Assembly: GCA_021777535.1 (NCBI GenBank)
Contig: JAJYDN010000007.1
Span: 18,291-82,290 of the forward strand
Direction: 5' to 3'
Source of the DNA: Pseudomonadota bacterium
GTDB lineage: Bacteria; Pseudomonadota; Gammaproteobacteria; Acidiferrobacterales; Acidiferrobacteraceae
Length of the DNA: 64,000 nt
Both the position numbers and the translations under genes were made by a program. The notes beneath the pieces are model-generated. The model saw nothing but the letters and a program-made list of their open reading frames with translations, was not told where the DNA came from and searched no databases. Positions within the stretch are counted from its first letter, which is position 1. Each line of letters begins with the position of its first letter. This document shows, piece after piece, positions 1 to 8,150 of the stretch.

Positions 1-74
1 GGCGACTTCCGTACACGTCGCCCCCTCCTTCCCGCACCCGTCCCAGAGCCGTCGGGGCCCGCCCGTGGCGACGC

Positions 75-974
75 TCAAGTTTTATGGGTCATGGCACGCG
101 CTTTTGCCAGGTCGGCCTTAACCCCCGCCGAATAAAGTGTCCAGAGATTCTCCAGGCTCTCTTCGATCGGAACGATGGGTCCGCTCACATACGCCGTCAT
201 CCGGCCGCGTACCAGTTTGTGTCCGGCCCCGAAACGGTCGCGTAGCCTGCGCATCGCCTGTTCCCCGGCCGGCGCTACCAGCGCGGTCATGATTCGCGCC
301 CGGGTCGCGGCCGACAGATCCTTGCTCAGGCTAAATCCCTGGTTTGGCATCTGGTCTGGTCCACGCTCGAGGACTGTGAGGCCCCTCGCGCCGAATTTCC
401 GCAAGGTGGTAGCGGGCCCTATGCCGACCGTACAGGAGTGCGCCAGGACGGCCTTGTGAATGGCCGCCCATCCATGCATGTTTTTCATGTAGGGCTGCCG
501 CAATGGATTTGGGAACAATCCTTCCAGCCACAGGGTTCCGTAATTCGGCGGAGGCGGAGCGCACAATACGGCGCCCGTTGCGACGTCGTTGAGTGTTTTT
601 ACTCCAGATCCGGACCATGTATAAAGACGCCAACGCTGCGCCTGTGCGATGACAGGGCCTGGTACCGCCAATCCATTCTTGGCCCGCCACGCAATGAATT
701 GTGCCCCATCGAAATAAATCTGCGCCTTGTTCGCCCATATCCATCCCTGGTACTGGATCCACGAGCTTGGGTGCCTGTATACCACAGCGTGGTGCATGAC
801 GCGGCTCAAATAGGCCGCCACCGGCCCGTAGTCACGGGCGCCGCGCGCCGGGTTTTCCCGCGGCGCTGCAGTCAATATCCATGGCTTCTGCGCCCTGGAC
901 GCAGCGTGTGCTGCCATGCCCGGTAGTATCGTCAGCATGGCCGTCATAATTACCGTCGATCGTGTTGCCTGCAT
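75..974 (-). CDS. PhnD-like periplasmic substrate-binding protein (phosphate/phosphonate-type SBP fold), orphan copy 1
   Basis: Signal peptide MQATRSTVIMTAMLTILPGMAAHA. Motifs YFDG..FI.WRA, LFPNP..(R)PY, PNQGFS and AL..PAG are shared with the paralog at 56629-57447. Start chosen at ATG 972-974 behind a GAGAGGG SD; the track ORF runs up to 1145. No ABC permease or ATPase gene nearby. Confidence 0.55.
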   Translation of the reverse strand: MQATRSTVIMTAMLTILPGMAAHAASRAQKPWILTAAPRENPARGARDYGPVAAYLSRVMHHAVVYRHPSSWIQYQGWIWANKAQIYFDGAQFIAWRAKNGLAVPGPVIAQAQRWRLYTWSGSGVKTLNDVATGAVLCAPPPPNYGTLWLEGLFPNPLRQPYMKNMHGWAAIHKAVLAHSCTVGIGPATTLRKFGARGLTVLERGPDQMPNQGFSLSKDLSAATRARIMTALVAPAGEQAMRRLRDRFGAGHKLVRGRMTAYVSGPIVPIEESLENLWTLYSAGVKADLAKARAMTHKT

Positions 975-1529
975 TACTTGCCCTCTCATCCATTTCCAAT
1001 ATTTGAGCCGGTGTAGACCCCATCTCCTGGGCAGTTTTTTCTGATTCTTGGAGCGCCTGTCCGCCTGCTTGCGCAAACCGCCTGATCCGTGGGTATCGTG
1101 GTACAAGGCTGCCACGCTGTCTGTCGGCTCAATGCCTAATGACACCCCCGGTAATTATAGGCGGGAAGTATCGGGTGCGGGGGCGCGGGCGATAGCGATG
1201 ACGGCACGCCGCATGGTGGGTGAGTCCTGGTGCGCCAGTATCGCGCACGGCCCGCCCAGCAGGCTGGCCGGGGGCATTTCGTAGTGGAGCGGAGAGCCAG
1301 GAGTTGCGCCCACACCGAAGGCGCGGGAAAGATCCGGATGCCCTGCCGCGCATGCCGAGAGTCAGCGCCTGCTCGCCTATTTGACGCGCACCCGGACGCC
1401 TGCCGGGGTTGTCATCGGGTGCGCAGCCCCGTGGTCTGTGTTTGAAAAATTGCCCGGGCCCAAGGCCGGCCCTTCAGGCTCCCGACGATCGGGAAGGCCT
1501 GCGCCCATTCCAGGCGGGTCCCTGCCCGT

Positions 1530-4500
1530 CTACTGGCACGCCTCACATTGCGGATCATTGATGGCGCAGGCCTTGGGCGCTTCCGATGCGGAGCGTGCGG
1601 CATCGAGGGCGCCGTCGTTCAGTGTCGATTTCTCCACCGATGTGGCGCCGAGCGTGCGCAGGTAGTAAGTCGTCTTCAGTCCCTTCTCCCATGCGAGCAT
1701 GTACATGTCTGACAGCTTGCGGCCCGACGGCTGGGCCATGTAGAGATTGAGGCTTTGCGCCTGATCGATCCATTTCTGGCGGCGCGATGCCGCCTCGATG
1801 AGCCATTTCGGTTCGATCTCGAAGGCTGTCGCATAAAGCAGTTTCAGGTCAGCCGGTACGCGATCGATGGCGCCGAGGCACCCATTGTAATACCTGAGAT
1901 CGTTGACCATGACCGGGTCCCAAAGGTTTTGCGCCTTCAGATCGTGGACGAGCCGTTCATTGAGCACCGTGAACTCGCCCGACAGGTTCGATTTCACGAA
2001 CAGGTTTTGATAAGTGGGCTCGATACTTTGGCCGACCCCGGCTATGTTCGAAATCGTCGCAGTCGGCGCGATGGCGAGGCAGTTGGAGTTGCGCATGCCA
2101 TGTTTGGCAATGGATGCACGAACGGTGTTCCAGTCGAGCCGCTGCTGGCGGTTCATCTGCAAAGGAATACGGCGGGCCCTTTCGAGCAGCGCGATGCTGT
2201 CGATGGGTAGAATCCCCTGTTGCCAAAGTGAGCCCTCGTAGCTCGTGTAGGCGCCGCGTTCCCGGGCAAGCTCGCTTGAGGCGAGAATGGCGAAATAGCT
2301 GACGGCCTCCATGGACTCGTCGGCGAATTCCATCGCACCTTCTGAACTGTACGGAAGCCGCAGTTTGTAGAGGGCGTCCTGAAAGCCCATGATCCCAAGC
2401 CCCACCGGCCGGTGGCGCAGATTCGACGCGCGGGCCTGCGGGACCGCGTAGTAGTTTATGTCGATGACATTGTCGAGCATGCGCATCGCCGTTCGCACCG
2501 TGCGGCCAAGCTTGTCCATGTCGAACGTGCCGCCTGCGCCTATGTGTGCGCTCAGATTGACGGATCCCAGGTTACACACCGCGACTTCCTCGTCCGAGGT
2601 ATTCAGGGTGATCTCGGTGTTTTTGGTGACGAGCGCGTTAACCGTCCAGGCGTGGGTCTGGGAATCAACCGTCAGGCAGTAGGCGTCTTCATTGGGCAGG
2701 ACGGCGAGCCTTGTGAACGTCGCGCAGCGTTGCTGTGCCGTGCGCATCCCGTCCCCCGCATAAAGGGTGGCGGCATCGTCATGCGGGATGCGCAGTATCT
2801 CGGCCGCCCGCAGGCGACCTTCGGTGCTGGCGATGACGAGCCGGTAAAGGGCGTGGCTCCAGTAGCTCTTGTTGATGCGCCGGATGTGGCACTCGATACC
2901 CAGATTGGCCCACAGAATCTGCAGCTCTTCGGCGAATTTTCTGTCTGCGCAGGCCAATGCCAGCGTTTTTACCGGGCTTTGCCCGACGTGATAGAGGCCG
3001 CGCAGATAGGCCGTCACTGTTTCCCGATCCCCTTGCCATATGAGCGCGGGTATCGCCAGTGAGGCGGGCGGATCGGCATCGTCCGGCGCTCCCCCCTGTT
3101 GGGCGGATCCGGTGCGCTGGCTCTTACCGAAGAACGCAAAACCGTCGTTTTCGATGGCGGTTACCGAGTGCCGGCCGTACGCGGCGCTCGCCGCCACGAG
3201 GCCCATGACGAAGGCGATTTGCGGGTTGTGCGCGGGCCCGAACAGGCCCTCCCGCTGCTGAGTCAGGATCATGTCGCCCGGAACCAGATGTTGCGCCTCG
3301 ACCCATCCGCGGTTTTTCACCCAGACCTTATGGTCGGGCGTCACTTTGTGGTTGAAGCCCTCGGCGGTCTCGATGCGGACAATGGGCGCGTTGGGGCGCG
3401 GCAAAAGCATGGGCGACGCATCATACACGCCGTCCAGGCCGAGCACTTTGTTGCTGCCGCCGAGCCGGTAGAGTTCGCCGACGGTCAGCAGTCCGCGGTC
3501 CGTCACCACCCTCTGATCGGCGGTCATGCAGCAGAGGTTCGAGCTATGTACCACACCTCTGTGCTGCTGCGGACTGCGCAGGTTACAGGCATCCTTGAAG
3601 GTAAGCCACGGGTGGCCCGTCTCAAACAGCATGGACAGCATCTTGCGCCACAGGTCGACGGCGCGGACCCGCTTGTGGAGACGAATTTCGCCGCGGCGGG
3701 TGCGCTCCTCGTGCCGCTCATAGGCGGCCCGGAACGCCTCGCCGTAGAGATCATGCAGATCGGGTACGTCCGATGGCGAAAACAGTGTCCATTCCGCACC
3801 GGCCCTGACCCGTTCGATGAAAAGGTCCGGAATCCAGTTGGCGGTGTTCATGTCGTGCGTGCGGCGCCGGTCGTCTCCGGTGTTCTTGCGCAACTCGAGG
3901 AATTCCTCGATGTCGAGGTGCCATGTCTCGAGGTAGGCACAGACCGCGCCTTTGCGGCGCCCACCCTGGTTGACGGCCACGGCGGTGTCATTGGCGACCT
4001 TCAGGAAAGGGATGACACCCTGCGATTTGCCATTGGTTCCCTTGATGCGGGCGCCGAGTGCGCGTACGCGTGACCAGTCATTCCCGAGACCGCCTGCGTA
4101 TTTCGAGAGGAGGGCGTTGTCCCTGATGGCGCTATAGATGCCTTCGAGGTCGTCGGATACGGTGGTGAGGTAGCAAGACGAGAGCTGCGAGCGGACCGTT
4201 CCCGAATTGAAAAGCGTAGGCGTCGAGGACACGAAATCAAAGGTGGACAAGACTTCGTAAAATTCTATGCAGCGGCTTTCGCGGTCCGGCTCGTTCAGCG
4301 CAAGCCCCATCGCCACGCGCATCCAGAACGCCTGCGGCATCTCGATGCGCCGATCGTCGCGGTGCAGGAAATACCGGTCATACAGCGTCTGGAGGCCGAG
4401 ATAGGTGAAGTTCATGTCCCGCTCGGCGTTCAAGGCCGCGCCCAGGCGTGGCAAATCGTAGCCGGCGAGTCTCGGGTCGAGTAGTTCGGCCGAGATGCCT

Positions 4501-5264
4501 TCCTGTATGAAGCGCCCGAAGTACCGGGGATACTCTCCGCGCATTTCGCTGTGGGTGCGCGGCTCGCCCAGCACCTCCTTGCGCAAGGTGTCGAGCAGGA
4601 GGCGTGCGCTGACGTAGGTGTAATCCGGTTCCGTCTCGATGAGGGCGCGCGCGCTCAAGATCGCCGACTGCATCACATCGCGTTCTTCGACGCCATCGAA
4701 GAGGTTGCGCAGCAGCGCCTGCAGGACGGATTCGGCGGATACCGCCGGCAGGCCGGTACAGGACTCGCCAATCACCGTGGCGAGGCGCTCCCGGTCGAGA
4801 GGTCCGAGCGTCCCGTCGGCGCGCCGCACCTTGATGACCTGCTCGCGGGACGGAACCGCGATGTCGAGGGCGCGGGCACGGGCGCGCTCTTCGCGGTACA
4901 GCACGTAGCGGCGCGCCACCTCGTGGTGGCCATTGCGCATGAGGGCCAGTTCGACCTGGTCCTGGATGTCCTCGATATGTACGGTGCCGCCGACCGGCAG
5001 GCGCCGGCTGACTGCGGCGGCCACCTGTTCCGTCAGTCCCGCCACCAGCTCACGGATCCGGGGCGAAGTGGCGCCCGTATTCCCTTCGGCGGCCATGAAC
5101 GCCTTGGTGATGGCGATGGCGATCTTGGCCGCATCAAACGCCGTCGCCCCACCGTTGCGGCGGATCACCCGCAAACCGGATTCCGCCGTCGCTGTATCGT
5201 TTGCGGGCGGGGAGGCCAATTGCGCGTTATCCATGGTCGCCATCTCCTTGTATGAGGGGGTCAA
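1530..5264 (-). CDS. nrdA: Ribonucleoside-diphosphate reductase alpha subunit (class I, NrdA-type) interrupted by an intein; 1244 aa precursor, about 940 aa after splicing
   Basis: N-terminal ATP-cone-like region (LRVIRRNGGATAFDAAKI). Motifs TPTLFNSGT, LSSCYL, TLFSPSDVP, catalytic SNLC/TEI split by the insertion, class I Tyr-Tyr pair KTTYYLR, C-terminal Cys pair CAINDPQCEACQ. Confidence 0.85.
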   Translation of the reverse strand: MTPSYKEMATMDNAQLASPPANDTATAESGLRVIRRNGGATAFDAAKIAIAITKAFMAAEGNTGATSPRIRELVAGLTEQVAAAVSRRLPVGGTVHIEDIQDQVELALMRNGHHEVARRYVLYREERARARALDIAVPSREQVIKVRRADGTLGPLDRERLATVIGESCTGLPAVSAESVLQALLRNLFDGVEERDVMQSAILSARALIETEPDYTYVSARLLLDTLRKEVLGEPRTHSEMRGEYPRYFGRFIQEGISAELLDPRLAGYDLPRLGAALNAERDMNFTYLGLQTLYDRYFLHRDDRRIEMPQAFWMRVAMGLALNEPDRESRCIEFYEVLSTFDFVSSTPTLFNSGTVRSQLSSCYLTTVSDDLEGIYSAIRDNALLSKYAGGLGNDWSRVRALGARIKGTNGKSQGVIPFLKVANDTAVAVNQGGRRKGAVCAYLETWHLDIEEFLELRKNTGDDRRRTHDMNTANWIPDLFIERVRAGAEWTLFSPSDVPDLHDLYGEAFRAAYERHEERTRRGEIRLHKRVRAVDLWRKMLSMLFETGHPWLTFKDACNLRSPQQHRGVVHSSNLCCMTADQRVVTDRGLLTVGELYRLGGSNKVLGLDGVYDASPMLLPRPNAPIVRIETAEGFNHKVTPDHKVWVKNRGWVEAQHLVPGDMILTQQREGLFGPAHNPQIAFVMGLVAASAAYGRHSVTAIENDGFAFFGKSQRTGSAQQGGAPDDADPPASLAIPALIWQGDRETVTAYLRGLYHVGQSPVKTLALACADRKFAEELQILWANLGIECHIRRINKSYWSHALYRLVIASTEGRLRAAEILRIPHDDAATLYAGDGMRTAQQRCATFTRLAVLPNEDAYCLTVDSQTHAWTVNALVTKNTEITLNTSDEEVAVCNLGSVNLSAHIGAGGTFDMDKLGRTVRTAMRMLDNVIDINYYAVPQARASNLRHRPVGLGIMGFQDALYKLRLPYSSEGAMEFADESMEAVSYFAILASSELARERGAYTSYEGSLWQQGILPIDSIALLERARRIPLQMNRQQRLDWNTVRASIAKHGMRNSNCLAIAPTATISNIAGVGQSIEPTYQNLFVKSNLSGEFTVLNERLVHDLKAQNLWDPVMVNDLRYYNGCLGAIDRVPADLKLLYATAFEIEPKWLIEAASRRQKWIDQAQSLNLYMAQPSGRKLSDMYMLAWEKGLKTTYYLRTLGATSVEKSTLNDGALDAARSASEAPKACAINDPQCEACQ
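2619..3530 (-). mobile_element. Intein (304 codons) within nrdA, with a degenerate LAGLIDADG-like central region
   Basis: In-frame insertion between SSNLC and TEITL. It starts with Cys (CMTADQRVVTDRG), has a block B TxxH (VTPDHKVWV) and ends AYCLTVDSQTHAWTVNALVTKN, followed by Thr as the +1 residue. Central segments FVMGLVAASAAYG and AYLRGLYHVGQS resemble LAGLIDADG motifs without the acidic residues. Confidence 0.8.
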
Positions 5265-5359
5265 TGCCTGTTCGGTGTACGCCGGGCGGCTTCTTGGTTT
5301 AGTCTGATTCGAATAGGTCGAGTGTATCGAGGCTCCGATGTGAAGGCAAGATACAAACC

Positions 5360-5383
5360 CAACATGTAGTATATCAGATGTTG
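5360..5383 (-). promoter_or_regulatory. AT-rich nrdA upstream element: imperfect palindrome CAACAT-N12-ATGTTG overlapping a TATACT -10-like hexamer
   Basis: Minus strand reads caacatctgaTATACTacatgttg, about 100 nt upstream of the nrdA ATG, in the only AT-rich patch of this spacer. No convincing -35 hexamer. Confidence 0.25.
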
Positions 5384-5399
5384 TTAATGCACTAGTAAT

Positions 5400-5427
5400 G
5401 GGCGCCGTGCCCGGATACGGGGCGCCC
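5400..5427 (-). terminator. GC-rich hairpin after speE (possible terminator, no clean U-run)
   Basis: gggcgcc (5400-5406) pairs with ggcgccc (5421-5427). On the minus strand it is followed by the A/T-rich cattactagtgcattaa. Confidence 0.3.
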
Positions 5428-5467
5428 GCCCACGCAGGGCGCGGTCACCCGTCACTTCACGGTTCTC

Positions 5468-6316
5468 TTAGAGCAGCGATTTGAAGAGGAATTCAGGTGA
5501 CGCAAGCGCCGCCCGATGGATGCTATCGTTGTAATAGCGGGTCGTGAAGGTGCGTTCAGAGACCGCGTCTTCCCGAAACCCCGCCAATGTTGTGTCCCGC
5601 CGCGCCATGGTTGCGCTCCACCACCCGGACGGGTAGGTGCACTGCGGAAAGTAGAGTGTGGCCACGTCAAGGAAATTCGCGCCCCGCAAGGCCCCATGCA
5701 TGCTCTTTATGAGCTCGGCGTGGAAGAGTGGCGACTCGCTCTGGCCGACAACGATGCCGTCGCGGGCGAGCGCCCGCAGGCAGTCGGCATAAAAGGCCTG
5801 CCCGAACAGTCCGGCAGCCGGACCGACAGGGTCGGTGGAGTCGACGATGATGACGTCATAACTCCCGGGTGCCGCGTCCTTGACCCACTGAATGCCGTCC
5901 CGGAAATGCAGGTGCGCCCGCGGATCGCCATTGGCAGCGCATAATTCGGGAAAGTACTGTTCCGCGACGCGGGTGACGCGTTCGTCGAGTTCCACCTGGT
6001 CCACATGCTGGACTTCATCGTGCTTGAGCACCTCTCGCAGGGTGCCGCAGTCGCCACCACCGATTATGAGCACCCGCTCCGGCCGCTCATGCGTAAAGAG
6101 GGCCGGGTGGGACATCATTTCGTGGTAAACGAAATTGTCGCGGTCGGTGACCATGACAAGCCCATCAAGGGTCATCAGGGTGCCGAAGGTCTCGGTCTCA
6201 TAGATCTCGATGCGCTGGTAGGGAGACTGCTCATCATGCAGCTTTTTGTTGATTCGCAGGGAAATCGCCGAGCCCTGGCCCGCCCATTCCTCGGTGTACC
6301 AGCCTTCCCGTTCCAT
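5468..6316 (-). CDS. speE: Spermidine synthase / aminopropyltransferase
   Basis: MEREGWYTEEW..., QRIEIYETETFG, VLIIGGGDCGTLREV, IIVDSTDPVGPA. ATG at 6314-6316 lies 2 nt after the pdaD stop. The 78 extra N-terminal codons in the track ORF overlap pdaD and look non-coding. Confidence 0.85.
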   Translation of the reverse strand: MEREGWYTEEWAGQGSAISLRINKKLHDEQSPYQRIEIYETETFGTLMTLDGLVMVTDRDNFVYHEMMSHPALFTHERPERVLIIGGGDCGTLREVLKHDEVQHVDQVELDERVTRVAEQYFPELCAANGDPRAHLHFRDGIQWVKDAAPGSYDVIIVDSTDPVGPAAGLFGQAFYADCLRALARDGIVVGQSESPLFHAELIKSMHGALRGANFLDVATLYFPQCTYPSGWWSATMARRDTTLAGFREDAVSERTFTTRYYNDSIHRAALASPEFLFKSLL

Positions 6317-6318
6317 GC

Positions 6319-6795
6319 TCACAGATCCCAGAGCACGACCGCCGCAAAGGCAGCCCCGATCTTTTCGACACGATGGTCGATCGCCGCCGATTTCAGGGTC
6401 TTGACCTGCCAGCCCCGCATCCGCATGCCTTCCTCGGCCATGCGCCGGACTACCGATTCGGCGTCTTCGCGGTGCCCATGGGCATGGTATTCCATGATAA
6501 GCCCGGGTTTCTCGGGATCGGTGGGCCACGCGGCTGCCACCGCCGCGCATATCATCGATCCGGGGATGTCGGATTCCATGGCGGCGTAGGCGACAGGGAC
6601 AAGTGCGCCCGGCGGCAGCTTCAGTTCCTCGCGGGGTACTTCCCGCGTACCGGGCGGTACGATCGACGACATCTTTACGAGATTGGTGTTGCCGATACCC
6701 GCTGCCAGCAGGGCCCCGTCGAAGGCATTCAACGGCGTATAGCCCTCACTGGCCCCAGTCACGAAGGTGTGGGACGTCGGTGTCTTGATAATCAT
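6319..6795 (-). CDS. pdaD: Pyruvoyl-dependent arginine decarboxylase (PdaD/AaxB family)
   Basis: 158 aa. [37 protein letters not shown] carries the Ser-Ser self-cleavage site typical of the family. Confidence 0.8.
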   Translation of the reverse strand: MIIKTPTSHTFVTGASEGYTPLNAFDGALLAAGIGNTNLVKMSSIVPPGTREVPREELKLPPGALVPVAYAAMESDIPGSMICAAVAAAWPTDPEKPGLIMEYHAHGHREDAESVVRRMAEEGMRMRGWQVKTLKSAAIDHRVEKIGAAFAAVVLWDL

Positions 6796-6805
6796 GGCAA
6801 AGGCC

Positions 6806-7216
6806 CTAGGCGTTATGGCCCGCTACGAGTTTGACCGGCCGCCGCTCGTTCTTGCCGGCCGTCATCATGTCGATTTGGCCCCGGTGGACCTCCATCGTCG
6901 ACACATGGGCGGCGCCAAGCGCTTCGCGCAAATGACGAAAACCGGTTTCCGCGGAAACCGAGTCACCGCAGGTGAACAGATCAACCGCCGCGTACCCGTA
7001 TTCCGGCCAGGTGTGGATGGCCAGATGGCTTTCGGCGATGATGACGGCCCCGGAGACGCCGTGCGGGGAAAAGTGATGAAACGTCTCGGTGACGATAGTG
7101 GCGCCGGATTTCACGGCGGCCTCCAGCATGTGATGCCGAATGTATGCAACGTCGTTCAGTTGTTCTTCGTTGCATCCGTAAAACTCGGCCACAATCTGAT
7201 GTCCAAGTGAGCGCAT
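6806..7216 (-). CDS. speH: S-adenosylmethionine decarboxylase proenzyme, small SpeH/SpeD type
   Basis: [15 protein letters not shown]..., with the self-processing motif [20 protein letters not shown] before ATG 7214-7216. The track ORF extends to 7405 through an implausible N-terminal extension. Confidence 0.8.
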   Translation of the reverse strand: MRSLGHQIVAEFYGCNEEQLNDVAYIRHHMLEAAVKSGATIVTETFHHFSPHGVSGAVIIAESHLAIHTWPEYGYAAVDLFTCGDSVSAETGFRHLREALGAAHVSTMEVHRGQIDMMTAGKNERRPVKLVAGHNA

Positions 7217-7316
7217 GGGCAAGCCCTCCAATTTTGTTGCTGAGGAACTCCAGGACCTTCGTCTCTGACAGTTCCGTTGAAGTAGCTCCCGTGCACACCC
7301 GGTCAGCGTTAGGCCC

Positions 7317-7337
7317 GTTAGCGATCGGATCGCTAAC
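7317..7337. promoter_or_regulatory. 21-bp perfect palindrome GTTAGCGATC-G-GATCGCTAAC in the speH leader
   Basis: 10-bp arms read directly from the sequence. It contains two GATC sites and lies about 100 nt upstream of the speH ATG, downstream of the predicted promoter. Confidence 0.5.
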
Positions 7338-7376
7338 AAGAATGGCGGCCGCCTTCGGTGCCGTGGAATCGGGCGA

Positions 7377-7405
7377 ATGATAGGCATGTTTTCCAAGCAA
7401 TGCAA
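7377..7405 (-). promoter_or_regulatory. Candidate sigma-70 promoter of speH-pdaD-speE
   Basis: Minus strand TTGCAT (7400-7405), 17 nt spacer, TATCAT (7377-7382). Confidence 0.4.
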
Positions 7406-7425
7406 TTTGATTTTGCGTTTGCATG

Positions 7426-7463
7426 AAAAAAAACTGCCCGGCGGCCCCCGCGGGGGGCGCCGG
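7426..7463 (-). terminator. Rho-independent terminator after the argS-SPOR genes
   Basis: 12-bp GC stem (7438-7449 / 7452-7463, one mismatch), then GCAG and a run of 8 U on the minus strand (A-run 7426-7433 on plus). Confidence 0.6.
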
Positions 7464-7493
7464 AGGGCTCCCGGAGGCCCTGGGCCCCCTCTG

Positions 7494-8150
7494 TCACTGG
7501 GCGGGGCTTACTTTCAATACAATGGGTTGGAGCCGCATGTTCGCGAGCGTGCTGCGCGCTTTGGCGACGCGCCGGGCACGCAGAGGCCCTATGCGTACCC
7601 GATAAAATGTCCCGCGGCCGGCTATGCGGACGCGCTCGATATAGGCGTGCAGTCCATGCAGCGCGAGTCTGGCAACGAGCAGCCGGGCATCCTTCCGGTC
7701 GGGAAAGGACGCAGCCTGCATGATGTACAGTTTGCCCTGCCTATGCCCAAATACGGGTCTTGTCGTGTTTTTGGGTGCGCTTAGGCGGTGGGCATGGGGA
7801 AACACGCCCTGCGGCCTGCTCTGCTGTTTTTTGGCAGGTGGCGGCGCCAACCGGTGCCGGTGGCGGATTTGCGGCAGGATGGTGTAGAAGTCGAATTGTG
7901 TCGCCGCTGGCAGGCCGGGCGCGGGGCCTTTCGGCGCGGGCAGTTTGGGGCGCGGCGGCGCTTTCATGAGCATGCGCGCCGGAGCCGTTGGCGCGGCCTT
8001 CAGGGGAACCCGGGTGTGGAGGCGCAAAAAGTGGTAACCGAGCGCTCCGAGCCCCGCGCCCATGAGCAAGGTGACGATGACGACCAGTGCAATGGGCCAT
8101 CCGCCAGAGGGCCGGGTGCGCGACCGCGCGCGGCGCCTGGGTGCTGCCAC
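7494..8150 (-). CDS. SPOR-domain protein (membrane-anchored, Pro-rich linker)
   Basis: N-terminal TM segment [23 protein letters not shown]-terminal SPOR-like [44 protein letters not shown] start overlaps the argS stop. I recall argS followed by a SPOR gene as conserved synteny in pseudomonads. Confidence 0.6.
   Translation of the reverse strand: MAAPRRRARSRTRPSGGWPIALVVIVTLLMGAGLGALGYHFLRLHTRVPLKAAPTAPARMLMKAPPRPKLPAPKGPAPGLPAATQFDFYTILPQIRHRHRLAPPPAKKQQSRPQGVFPHAHRLSAPKNTTRPVFGHRQGKLYIMQAASFPDRKDARLLVARLALHGLHAYIERVRIAGRGTFYRVRIGPLRARRVAKARSTLANMRLQPIVLKVSPAQ

Noticed and set aside
1286-1330. Glycine-riboswitch-like string GGAGCGGAGAG...CACACCGAAGGCGC on the plus strand
   Set aside because: Only the two short core strings match. 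There are no P1 or P2 helices and no CTCAGG...GGAC closing, and no plus-strand gene follows because nrdA runs the other way.
1444-1476. Intrinsic terminator after nrdA
   Set aside because: There is only a 5-bp GC stem (gggcc/ggccc), separated by 4 nt from a short U5 run. This is too weak to call.
5355-5400. NrdR boxes upstream of nrdA
   Set aside because: The AT-rich palindrome CAACAT-N12-ATGTTG and the ACTAGT element do not fit the 16-bp NrdR consensus (acaCwAtATaTwGtgt) when aligned on their centres. No pair of boxes at the usual spacing of about 31 bp was found.
5468-6550. Long N-terminal extensions of speE (to 6550), speH (to 7405), hemE (from 26417), aroE (from 51892), xthA (from 55498), tpx (from 60641), gcvH (from 58883) and the glutaredoxin-like gene (from 54894)
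   Set aside because: The extensions overlap the upstream genes in another frame and are Arg/Gly-rich. Internal starts with SD sequences or ATGA/GTGA coupling give protein N-termini that match the families.
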